Below are positions 37,041 through 45,650 of a stretch of DNA of 64,000 nucleotides, one piece after another (positions within the stretch are counted from its first letter, which is position 1; each line of letters begins with the position of its first letter). A program made the position numbers and the translations under genes. This DNA is from Methanomassiliicoccales archaeon (GTDB taxonomy: Archaea > Thermoplasmatota > Thermoplasmata > Methanomassiliicoccales > JACIVX01), in NCBI GenBank assembly GCA_038850735.1, contig JAWCLO010000007.1:31447-95446 (forward strand), given 5' to 3'. A model generated the notes under the pieces. It had not been told where the DNA came from, ran no database searches, and saw only the letters and a program-made list of their open reading frames with translations.

Positions 37041-37741
37041 CGATTTCCCTCCATGATTGGCAACAAGATAAGACCATCCGATTCTTCACCTAAACATTCA
37101 GTTCGCATTCCAATATAAATCCAGTGCGAATACACGCATACTGCACAAAGGAGTGCATCGATCATATCTCCCGCGGCCGCGAGATTCTGATCCGATAAAA
37201 TAGATTCTTTCAGTCCTTTTGGTATTCTAATCGAATGTTCCCAGCTTATTATACCATCTAATACTTCCAAAATGCCCTTGCGACGTACTTCCTTCCGGCC
37301 TTTTTTGTATCGAGGGACGTTGCCGTTTGTAATTGCGTAAAGAATCCCATATGGGTATACTTCAAAAATCGCCTTTCCTTTTGGATGATGACAATTTCTT
37401 AATTCAAAACCAAGTAAGTTCAATTTCGCAACGAGCCGCTCACCACGGCATCCTCCGAATCGCTTGATTGAAAATTGACGATTTGTTGGAAGTAGACGAA
37501 TACCTCTTGAAAAGAGGATTCTTTCACATTTTCGTAGTCGCCCCTCATCAGGCATCATCAATGGGGCGTCAATTCCAACCCAAGCATCCTCGTTCAAAAT
37601 CAGCCTTTCAAGAATATCCTCGTCCGTTGTCAGCAATTCGATATCTTCAACTTCCCCATTCAAATTCATCATGCAAACAGCCGTTCCATTGGTTCGAGGA
37701 GGATTCATCTTCCACCCTAAATCGATGCCGATAAACTTCAT
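37037..37741 (-). CDS. DUF429 family protein (predicted RNase H-like fold nuclease)
   Basis: 'FIGIDLGW', 'WVGIDAPLMMP', 'FEVYPYG' and 'GDMIDALLCA' match the conserved acidic positions of DUF429. Confidence 0.65.
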   Translation of the reverse strand: MKFIGIDLGWKMNPPRTNGTAVCMMNLNGEVEDIELLTTDEDILERLILNEDAWVGIDAPLMMPDEGRLRKCERILFSRGIRLLPTNRQFSIKRFGGCRGERLVAKLNLLGFELRNCHHPKGKAIFEVYPYGILYAITNGNVPRYKKGRKEVRRKGILEVLDGIISWEHSIRIPKGLKESILSDQNLAAAGDMIDALLCAVCVYSHWIYIGMRTECLGEESDGLILLPIMEGNR

Positions 37742-37765
37742 TGCAATACCTATATCGGACCAGCT

Positions 37766-37808
37766 ATACCATTAATGTAATTTTCTCCCTGTTTTCGCAT
37801 ACCATTAA
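37766..37808. repeat. 10-bp direct repeat ATACCATTAA x2 (33-bp period) in the promoter region of the DUF429 operon
   Basis: Exact copies at 37766-37775 and 37799-37808, lying 25-67 bp upstream of the DUF429 start. Confidence 0.3.
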
Positions 37809-38120
37809 AGCCTTTAATCTGGCGAGAAAAGCAAAGTGTATTCTAAAAAACCGTATAAGTATGGCCATGGGATTAATGACTACTTATTTTTACATCCCTG
37901 AACATTTCTCAATAAAACATTTTAATTTCCCTGATCCTGGTCTTGCAGACAGTATCTATATTTGCATGCTTAAGTATTGGTTAAATCGGCAAAATTTGCG
38001 AGACTGTATTATGAGAAATCCCTCAATTTTCCGAATCAAAAAACATTCCCAATAAGCTACAACAGAGATCTCATGAAAAATTATCTCCAGGAAATTGCAG
38101 ATTCCAGATAATATAGTCCT

Positions 38121-40436
38121 TCAGATATCTTCATTATCGGTAGCACTAGACTTCAATTGATCGGAGTCGATCCTGTCAGAAACTTGTCCACCGATCCCAG
38201 GTTCCTGCTTCCTCGCAACACGCTCGTATATGATCGCAGGACATTTGACATTTTGCACAATCTTGTCATGTGTAGGACCAAAGATGAACTTCTTCCACCG
38301 TTTGCCAGCAGTAACCCCTATTACTAGAAGATCATAATCCATCGATTCAGCTACGACGCCCCCAACAATGGTCTCGGGTCTGATTTCTTTAGTGATCACG
38401 GGAACACCAGCACGTTCCACAATCTTCATCAGTCGCCTTGAGTAATCAAGAGCCTTTAATCGATATTTTTCATCGACGATAACATTAAGAATCGTTATCC
38501 TGGCACCTTCTATTCTTGCAATCTCGGCAGCAATTTCTGTCGCCTTACTCACATGCCAGAGCCCTCCAGAAAGAATAAGGATATTTTCTGGTCTCAGTTT
38601 TTCTTCGTCTCTCATTATAATTACATCACACGGGGTACGTCTGAGTATATCATCCATCTTCCTGCCGAATATTCTTTTCTTTGTTCGCGAATAACCCTTC
38701 CATCCAAGTATTATCATATCGGCGGCTTCTTCTTGGGCAGTATCGATAATGGCTGTTACAACGTCGTGGGATACTGAGACAACCGCTCTTGTGGGCACGC
38801 CTCTGAGCTCTGAATAAACTTTGACCTTTTCGAGCATTTTTCTTCTTCCATCTATGAGCTTCTTATCGATTGCGTCCAGCGGAACAGTTGTGGGTATTTC
38901 TACGATATTCATTAGAAGAATTTCTCCCTGGTTCTTCGACGCCACTATGCATCCCAAATCTATCAAACCAATATTTTTTGGATCTTCAAGAGGTATGAGT
39001 ATTCTAAATTTCCTTAATTCATCAGGTGTTAGTGGTATTCTTTCTGGCAACTCTATTTTCTCGATTTCCTTTCTTCCCTTGGCAAAGTAATGGATGAAGA
39101 GACCTGCATAAATTATGGCGAGCGCAATATACCATGCAAGGGGTTCAAATCTAAATAAGGAGGCGGCAAGAAACACTTTTGCACCAATTGCGATCAATGG
39201 AATTACTGGAAAGAGCGGAATGAGAAAATGTCGCTTAGCATCTGGTCTTTTCCATCTCAGAACTAATGCCGATATATTTACGAGAATGAAAAGCAAGAGA
39301 ATCAGTATATCCGCGACTGCCGCAACTCGCTCAATTGGTAACAGAGCTGAGGCGAAGATGATGATGCTCCCGCTAAAGAAGATTGCAATGGAAGGGGTAT
39401 GATTCTTTGCGCTAAGTTTACCAAAGATAGTTGGTAGGTTTCCATCACGTCCCATTGCAAATGAAACCCTTGAAGCCGAAAAAATCACCGAGTTGACTGC
39501 AGCAATCGAGCCGATCACAATGCCAACGGATATGATAGCACCACCGACAAATGGAACCACCCTCTGAGCAGCAACAACGAGGGCATCTTGGCCTCTACCT
39601 GCCGCAGCCATCTCAGCTACAGGCTCCCATCCTATGACAGCCAGGGTTAGAGCAGTTATTATAAGGAAAAGGGCGGTGCTGATTGAAATGCAAAGAAACA
39701 TGGCCCGAGGAACAGTCTTTTCAGGGTTTTTTGTTTCCTCCCCAGTCTGGGCCACAATCTCGTAACCCTCGAATATCATAAAAGTAAATCCCATTGATGT
39801 GGCAATACTCATGTATCCCATAGGAACAAATGGCTCAAATGCATTTATCGCACCATTACCATTTGCTAGCGCAATAAAGCAGAAAAGAATGTAAACCAGG
39901 ATAATTCCAATAAGCATTACTGAAATGATCACCTCAGACCTGCCAGCTCCTTTGACCCCACGGTAATTTAAGAGAATAAAGAAAATTGAGATGCCAACGG
40001 CGAACAACTTAGAAACCATTTCTTGTGAAATGCCAAAATGGATATTGTACTGAGAAAAAAGTGCGCCTACTCCCAGACCGAAACCTAAGGCGTAAACCGC
40101 ACATGCAATGCAATGACCCACCCAGGACATCCATCCTCCGAGAAATCCAAAGGGAGGGAACAAGGCTTCCTTGATCCAAAGATATCCCCCACCCGTTTCT
40201 GGGAAGGCGCTTGATAACTCAGCGTACGACATTGCTGTTAACAATGTAATAATAAAGTTGAGCACCAGCGCCAAAATGATGGCAGGTCCTGCAATACCGA
40301 TGGCAATACCGACTAATACGAAGATTGTGGAGCCTATATTCGGCCCTATGCCGATCATTAACACCTCTAGTAGTCCGAGGTCTCTCCGCAAAGTTATTTC
40401 AACACTTTGCAGACTATTACCAGAAAATTCATCCAT
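38121..40436 (-). CDS. APC-superfamily amino-acid/polyamine permease fused to two C-terminal universal-stress-protein domains
   Basis: The first ~470 aa have about 12 hydrophobic segments ('ELSSAFPETGGGYLW'). Two alpha/beta USP-like units follow ('ILIPLEDP...DMIILGWKG', 'ILILSGG...DLLVIGVTAG'). Confidence 0.8.
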   Translation of the reverse strand: MDEFSGNSLQSVEITLRRDLGLLEVLMIGIGPNIGSTIFVLVGIAIGIAGPAIILALVLNFIITLLTAMSYAELSSAFPETGGGYLWIKEALFPPFGFLGGWMSWVGHCIACAVYALGFGLGVGALFSQYNIHFGISQEMVSKLFAVGISIFFILLNYRGVKGAGRSEVIISVMLIGIILVYILFCFIALANGNGAINAFEPFVPMGYMSIATSMGFTFMIFEGYEIVAQTGEETKNPEKTVPRAMFLCISISTALFLIITALTLAVIGWEPVAEMAAAGRGQDALVVAAQRVVPFVGGAIISVGIVIGSIAAVNSVIFSASRVSFAMGRDGNLPTIFGKLSAKNHTPSIAIFFSGSIIIFASALLPIERVAAVADILILLLFILVNISALVLRWKRPDAKRHFLIPLFPVIPLIAIGAKVFLAASLFRFEPLAWYIALAIIYAGLFIHYFAKGRKEIEKIELPERIPLTPDELRKFRILIPLEDPKNIGLIDLGCIVASKNQGEILLMNIVEIPTTVPLDAIDKKLIDGRRKMLEKVKVYSELRGVPTRAVVSVSHDVVTAIIDTAQEEAADMIILGWKGYSRTKKRIFGRKMDDILRRTPCDVIIMRDEEKLRPENILILSGGLWHVSKATEIAAEIARIEGARITILNVIVDEKYRLKALDYSRRLMKIVERAGVPVITKEIRPETIVGGVVAESMDYDLLVIGVTAGKRWKKFIFGPTHDKIVQNVKCPAIIYERVARKQEPGIGGQVSDRIDSDQLKSSATDNEDI

Positions 40437-40814
40437 GCTTGGCGCACAGTTATGAGATAAATGAAAATAAGCATTTCCTTACATGAATTGAACCAATGCT
40501 AGGAATATTTTTCTCATTTTAACATTCAAATATTAACTTGATGATGCAATTGTCAACCGAATCCTTTGACGTAAGTAGCCCGCCCCCCCATCGGCTGATC
40601 GGAAAGGTTTGCCTAGAACCTTTAAGATGTTTGTTTTAACACTAACCAGATCGACGACCAGAATGGAGAAATCATAATCAATTGAACCCGATGGGAACTG
40701 TGTGGAGCGGCTAGATATGAAACAAAATCCAGCTGATGATTTCATAAGGATCGTTGCACTGGTGTTTCTTTTCAAAAGATCAACCTAGGACTCGAGAAAA
40801 TTACCAGATAGATA

Positions 40815-41978
40815 TCACAAAGTTGGCCCAATCCTCCAGATATCCACGAAACGATATCCAAGAATTTCAGACTTCACGAGTTTGCCTGACGCCACGGCGA
40901 TAATTTCATCATATATTCTTTTGCCTGCATTTTCGATCGTTTCTTCGCCATTGATTATGTTTGACACGTCCAAGTCAATATCATCCTGTCGAAATTTTGC
41001 TGTTTTGGGATTGCCCGTCACCTTGATCACTGGCACGACAGGAAGACCGAACGGAGCGCCGAGTCCTGTTGAAAAAACGATCACCTGTGCACCAGAAGCC
41101 ATAAATCCCGAGACAACTTCTACCTCACGCCCAGGTGAGTCCATAAAAATAAGTCCCTTATCATTCGGTCGTCCAGCATACTCAATTACGCTTACCAGGG
41201 GAGAAGTACCTGCTTTACGAATTGCGCCTAGCGACTTTTCCTCGATGCTAGAAAGTCCGCCCTTTATATTTCCAGGCGTTGGCTGAGAACCTCTCAAATC
41301 AACCCCCATTTTTTTGCCTTCCATTTCGATACGCTCAACGGCTTTGTAAAGTCTCTCAGCAACGTCACTTGTCAAAGCTCTTCTTGCCAAAACGTGCTCT
41401 GCCCCAATTACTTCTGTTGTCTCCCCGAAAATTACACGTCCGCCTCTTTCTATGATCATATCAGCTGCAACTCCCGTTGCGGGATTTGATGCTATACCCG
41501 AGGTCGTATCTGAGGCTCCACACTTTACTCCAATCGTCAACTCTGAAACTGGGATTTGCTTCCGATGCTGTTGTGATGCGATTTCTACGAATTCTCTTGC
41601 AATCTTTATGCCTTTGTCCACGCTCCTAAGAGTCCCTCCCATATCCTGAATTTTAATCAGGTCAACAGGTTTGCCGCTCTTCGCTATCTCATTGGCAAGT
41701 TTCTCGGCATCAATCGCCTCGCATCCCAAACCAATAACGAGTACTGAATGACAATTCGGATTTAGCCCAAAACCAAGAAGTGACCTAAATGTTTGTTCCA
41801 GATCCCTTCCCATCTGTATGCAGCCCTGATGATGGAGGAACGCTCTGGTCCCATCAACTCTTTCTTCAATTATCCTCGCAACCTCATTGGCACATACCAC
41901 TGATGGTAGAATAGCGACGTAATTCCTAGTGCCGGCGCATTTGTTTCTCTCAAAGCCCAGAAAAAAGTCATCTCTCAT
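40815..41978 (-). CDS. UxaA-family sugar-acid dehydratase, large (C-terminal) subunit
   Basis: 'RNYVAILPSVVCAN', 'HHQGCIQMG', 'GLGCE' and 'GVKCGASDTTSG' are typical of altronate/galactarate dehydratase C-domains. Confidence 0.75.
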   Translation of the reverse strand: MRDDFFLGFERNKCAGTRNYVAILPSVVCANEVARIIEERVDGTRAFLHHQGCIQMGRDLEQTFRSLLGFGLNPNCHSVLVIGLGCEAIDAEKLANEIAKSGKPVDLIKIQDMGGTLRSVDKGIKIAREFVEIASQQHRKQIPVSELTIGVKCGASDTTSGIASNPATGVAADMIIERGGRVIFGETTEVIGAEHVLARRALTSDVAERLYKAVERIEMEGKKMGVDLRGSQPTPGNIKGGLSSIEEKSLGAIRKAGTSPLVSVIEYAGRPNDKGLIFMDSPGREVEVVSGFMASGAQVIVFSTGLGAPFGLPVVPVIKVTGNPKTAKFRQDDIDLDVSNIINGEETIENAGKRIYDEIIAVASGKLVKSEILGYRFVDIWRIGPTL

Positions 41979-41984
41979 GCGCTC

Positions 41985-42290
41985 TCAACCCTCGAGAACT
42001 CCGCGAACAAGGTCTCCTCGCCCTCTCAGACTTTCTATGTTGTGGACATGAACATGCTCCCCTACCTGTATCATAGAGGTTGCTTTTCCGATGACTTCGC
42101 CGTATTTGACAACATTCGCTCCCTTTTCAATCAATGACGTCGCAAACTTGTGGCCAAAAGGAATATCCTGGATTACCTTAATCTGTTCCTCAACCTTACC
42201 TTTGACTATAACTATCTCCCCTTTTTTAATCTCAGCAATTGCAGTGGCCACGTTATCTTTCTCATCAATCTTTATCGCCTTCGCATTCAT
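41985..42290 (-). CDS. UxaA-family dehydratase, small SAF-domain (N-terminal) subunit
   Basis: 101-aa SAF-like protein ('DNVATAIAEIKKGE', 'IPFGHKFA', 'GEHVHVHN'). 4-nt overlap with the larA-like gene, and 6 nt before the large subunit. Confidence 0.75.
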   Translation of the reverse strand: MNAKAIKIDEKDNVATAIAEIKKGEIVIVKGKVEEQIKVIQDIPFGHKFATSLIEKGANVVKYGEVIGKATSMIQVGEHVHVHNIESLRGRGDLVRGVLEG

Positions 42291-43573
42291 TTTCCCACAC
42301 TCCGCTTCAGAACCGGCAAGACATCTCCGCCATGATGTATAACGCCTATAGTAGCGTTTCTTCCATGTTTCTCAAGAGCGCTATTGAGGGCATCGCTTAT
42401 TGACTTTGCATGATGCATTGCCATTTTCGACGCCATTTCCTCTGTAAGCCCGTCCGAGACGACGATTACATCGATCCCTTCAACGCCCTTTTTTATAAGC
42501 ATAAGTAGAGAGCACGCCACTCTGTCATTTACAAGACCCATAGCCGCCATTTCTTTAAGCTCCTCGTAGGAGTATCGTCCTTTCTCAGCAAGAAACGGAT
42601 GAGTCGGCGAAATTCCATCAGGTGCTGCGGTGATAAAAATGACCGTTCCTCCGTCATTAACCACCCTTCTGACATACGAAAGGGGTTTGGTTGCCTGCCA
42701 CATATCGAGATCTGCTGGAAATGCTTCGACGATCGCTATATCGACTTTATTGTTTACCTCTCGCACAAAGATATGCTCGGAATCCCCGATTCCGGCCTCG
42801 TGAGCATCAACAGGATCACCAGCGACAACTCTCACAACTTGACCCTTGCTATTAAAAACAGAATTTACAATGAACCGCAACTTTGCCTTCTTGGCAACTG
42901 CCCTCATCTCTTGCATCACTTTATTCCCCCGCTGGCCTGCATATTCGAGGACCTTTTTATCATCGTCAAAAATCAAATGGTGTGTTGCGGCAGTGGTCTC
43001 AGGTCCGCATATTCCAGGTTGGACGATCTTTGAGCCTCCTGAGTATCCAGCCCAGCAATGAGGAACTATGCTACCAATCCCTATCAAGAAATCGGCCTTA
43101 TACGCAATTTTGTTGATCGTCACAGGCGTGCCATTTTCCGTCGTACCGATGAAAACAAGATTCTCAGGATTCATCCATTCATGATTAAAAACCTTCACTC
43201 TTGATACAACATCTTCTCCGAAATCTCTCTTGATTTCTGCCTGCGTCATGTAGCGGTGAGTACCCAATCCAATAAGTACCGTAATTTCTTCATCTCGCAC
43301 ACCTGCTTCGTTTAATTCTGAGAGTAATGCTGGCAGAATTTTCTTCCTTGGTGTGGAGCGAGTAAAGTCGTCAGAGATGATAACAACCTTCATTCCTGGC
43401 TTGACAAGTGAAGATAATGTCATAGTGCCTATCGGATTCGCAATTGAATTTCTAATGGCTTGTCGCTCATCAGCTAATGGTGGAAGATCACTTGGAAATA
43501 TTTCCCATAGAATATTTTCCTCAGGCACTTCTGCAAAAATTTTATTATTGCCGTATCTGAAGCCAATATTCAT
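42287..43573 (-). CDS. LarA-like nickel-pincer-dependent 2-hydroxyacid racemase/epimerase homolog (DUF2088)
   Basis: 'LIGLGTHRYMTQAE' and 'IGSIVPHCWAGYSGGSKIVQPGI' align by eye with the LarA catalytic His/Lys segments. Size 428 aa. Confidence 0.7.
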   Translation of the reverse strand: MNIGFRYGNNKIFAEVPEENILWEIFPSDLPPLADERQAIRNSIANPIGTMTLSSLVKPGMKVVIISDDFTRSTPRKKILPALLSELNEAGVRDEEITVLIGLGTHRYMTQAEIKRDFGEDVVSRVKVFNHEWMNPENLVFIGTTENGTPVTINKIAYKADFLIGIGSIVPHCWAGYSGGSKIVQPGICGPETTAATHHLIFDDDKKVLEYAGQRGNKVMQEMRAVAKKAKLRFIVNSVFNSKGQVVRVVAGDPVDAHEAGIGDSEHIFVREVNNKVDIAIVEAFPADLDMWQATKPLSYVRRVVNDGGTVIFITAAPDGISPTHPFLAEKGRYSYEELKEMAAMGLVNDRVACSLLMLIKKGVEGIDVIVVSDGLTEEMASKMAMHHAKSISDALNSALEKHGRNATIGVIHHGGDVLPVLKRSVGK

Positions 43574-43702
43574 TACGCTCGCTCATCAATGGACGAAGGA
43601 AATATTAGAACTTGCTCAATATGCTTCGGTTTGTCCTACCTAAAATAAGAATATATCCAGATAATGCAAGGAATACTATTCCATTTTATTAATCACAAAT
43701 AA

Positions 43703-44560
43703 TCACAAAAGCGGTTCCGGCTTACGATCTTCAATCTCATAGGGCAACTTAGCTCGATGAATAACGAGTTTGTCTTCAAAATGGTAAGCACGATTAAGTA
43801 CGAGCTTCTTACCTATAGATGTCACAGCAAAGACGGGTATGGCGACACCAATCTGCAACTTAGCCTCTCTTCCAACGATTTCCCTTACATTTTTTGAGGC
43901 ACACCCCCATACGATATCTGCAAAATGCCCAAGTAAAGAAGCTTGCTCCTCTGTTATCCCCGTATTGTGAACTGCAAGAATTATTGGCTGGGTTCCAGAA
44001 GTCTCTCCGATCTCTCTTAGCCTTCTCGCATCTTCTGCCTTTTGCCCCGTGATCGTCACAGCGATCTTTCGAAATCCGAGTTCAACGGCTTTAATAAAAC
44101 CCTGGACTTGATCAATTCTGCAGCGCTCATCGACAATGCAGCCCTTTTTCTTCAATTGAGTCATTATCTCAGGAATTGGATCAGTCTTGAGAAGGCCCGT
44201 CATATGAGCGCCTAAGGCTTGAAGAATCTCTGGTTTTGTCACGATGACCGTGCCAGCACCTTCACATACTACAACAGCAGAATCGATGAGACCTTCAGCC
44301 ATGCCATCCATTAAAATTTCTGAGGCACCAAATGAAACAGGCTTTTCTTTCGACTCGAGAATTCTAGAAGGACCGTACATCCCATATTCTTCCATATGTT
44401 TCCGCAGAACCATTTCTACAGATTCTCTAGTTTCAATCTCGCATCCATAGAGCTCTTTTCTTAAAGGACACTTCTTGATCAATGGGTCGCTCAACACGGT
44501 AATATTACCGTCTTTGATGAGTACGAGAGCTTTTGCCATTTCAAGCCAATGTTCTCCCAT
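43703..44560 (-). CDS. DUF2099 family protein (methanogenesis-marker-8-like)
   Basis: 'SFGASE', 'VVVCEGAGTV' and 'ILAVHNTG' resemble DUF2099 as far as I can recall. The assignment is from memory only. Confidence 0.45.
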   Translation of the reverse strand: MGEHWLEMAKALVLIKDGNITVLSDPLIKKCPLRKELYGCEIETRESVEMVLRKHMEEYGMYGPSRILESKEKPVSFGASEILMDGMAEGLIDSAVVVCEGAGTVIVTKPEILQALGAHMTGLLKTDPIPEIMTQLKKKGCIVDERCRIDQVQGFIKAVELGFRKIAVTITGQKAEDARRLREIGETSGTQPIILAVHNTGITEEQASLLGHFADIVWGCASKNVREIVGREAKLQIGVAIPVFAVTSIGKKLVLNRAYHFEDKLVIHRAKLPYEIEDRKPEPLL

Positions 44561-45077
44561 CTAACATCCTTCCATTATTCTGCAGCGAACCCTTGAAGAG
44601 CTTACTCCTTCCGTGCTGTTTGACATATTTCCTCATCAATAGGTTATTCCTTTGCCTGGCCACAATTTTGAATCCCATGTGTTCATAGAAACCAATGGCA
44701 TTTTCATTATTCACCTGAACCCAGAGTTCGATTCTCTCACATCCTGAACACGATGCAATGGTTTCAATCCTTTTTATCATAGCCGAGCCGCACCCACAGT
44801 GACGATAATGCCGAGCGACCTGGATTGACGCAATAAAGACTCTTGATTTATCTATGAAGATACAAAAATAACCGACGATTTCTCCATCTATTTCTAAAAT
44901 TTCAGTATAGGCATCGTGATCAAGCAGAGTGTCCAGCAAAAATTCATCCTTCCACTCGATCCCCCATGCTGATCGGACAATGTGTGCCATGTTTTCCCTG
45001 CTAATTTTTGCAAGAATAGGTAGATCCTGGTTTTTGCATATTCGAAATGAAAATTGAGGAAATCTCCCAAATATCAT
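44541..45077 (-). CDS. GNAT-family N-acetyltransferase
   Basis: 'IASIQVARHYRHCGCGSAMI' (acetyl-CoA binding beta4-alpha3 motif) and 'AIGFYEHMGF'. Confidence 0.75.
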   Translation of the reverse strand: MIFGRFPQFSFRICKNQDLPILAKISRENMAHIVRSAWGIEWKDEFLLDTLLDHDAYTEILEIDGEIVGYFCIFIDKSRVFIASIQVARHYRHCGCGSAMIKRIETIASCSGCERIELWVQVNNENAIGFYEHMGFKIVARQRNNLLMRKYVKQHGRSKLFKGSLQNNGRMLDGRTLA

Positions 45078-45248
45078 GCGTAATTCGGAACATAAATCGA
45101 GGAACTTAACCCTTTCTCCTTGATCGAATCGATGTCGGAGAACAGTTGATCACTTATCTTCTTGTCTCAACGATAGCACTATCGATCATCCATAAGGGAA
45201 AGGTATTAAATAGTCGCATGTTTGTCAAAGTTGAAAGGTGCAATATAT

Positions 45249-45569
45249 ATGGTATACATCACTGAAGAAGCGAACAAGTTCATAAATGATCTTATCGAGA
45301 AGAATGACAAAAAGGGATATGGCATCAGAATTTACATTGCTGGTATCGGATGCTCAGGACCCCAATTTGGCATGGCCTTTCAAGAAAAGAAAGAAGAAGG
45401 AGATGTCGAGGACAAGCAGGAAGGATTTTCTTTCTATTACGATGAAGAAACGCAGGAATTACTCGAGGGCTGCAAGATCGATTACATAGAAACACCCCAG
45501 GGTTCCGGTTTGATTATTCACAACCCAAATATTAACGGATGCGATTCCTGCGGTGGCGGTTGCCACTAA
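45249..45569 (+). CDS. HesB/IscA-family iron-sulfur cluster insertion protein
   Basis: 'AGIGCSGPQFGMAF' and a C-terminal Cys cluster 'CDSCGGGC'. ATG 45249 lies 8 nt after AAGGTG. Confidence 0.75.
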   Translation: MVYITEEANKFINDLIEKNDKKGYGIRIYIAGIGCSGPQFGMAFQEKKEEGDVEDKQEGFSFYYDEETQELLEGCKIDYIETPQGSGLIIHNPNINGCDSCGGGCH

Positions 45570-45650
45570 TTTGTTTCAGGATAACCAAGAAGTTAACAGT
45601 TTTATTATCCCTTCCAAAACTTTCTTTAATTATTTGACCGATTTGATTGC

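Noticed and set aside
40533-40775. 80-aa ORF in the UxaA/APC spacer, and similar spacer ORFs 37741..38055, 55989..56219, 62851..63102, 16497..16685, 16622..16846
   Set aside because: All lie in AT-rich spacers. Their compositions are skewed (Ile/Phe/Tyr/Asn/Ser), and they have no SD/TATA context and no recognisable motif. They probably do not encode proteins. The C7 homopolymer at 40583-89 inside one of them is noted but not interpretable.
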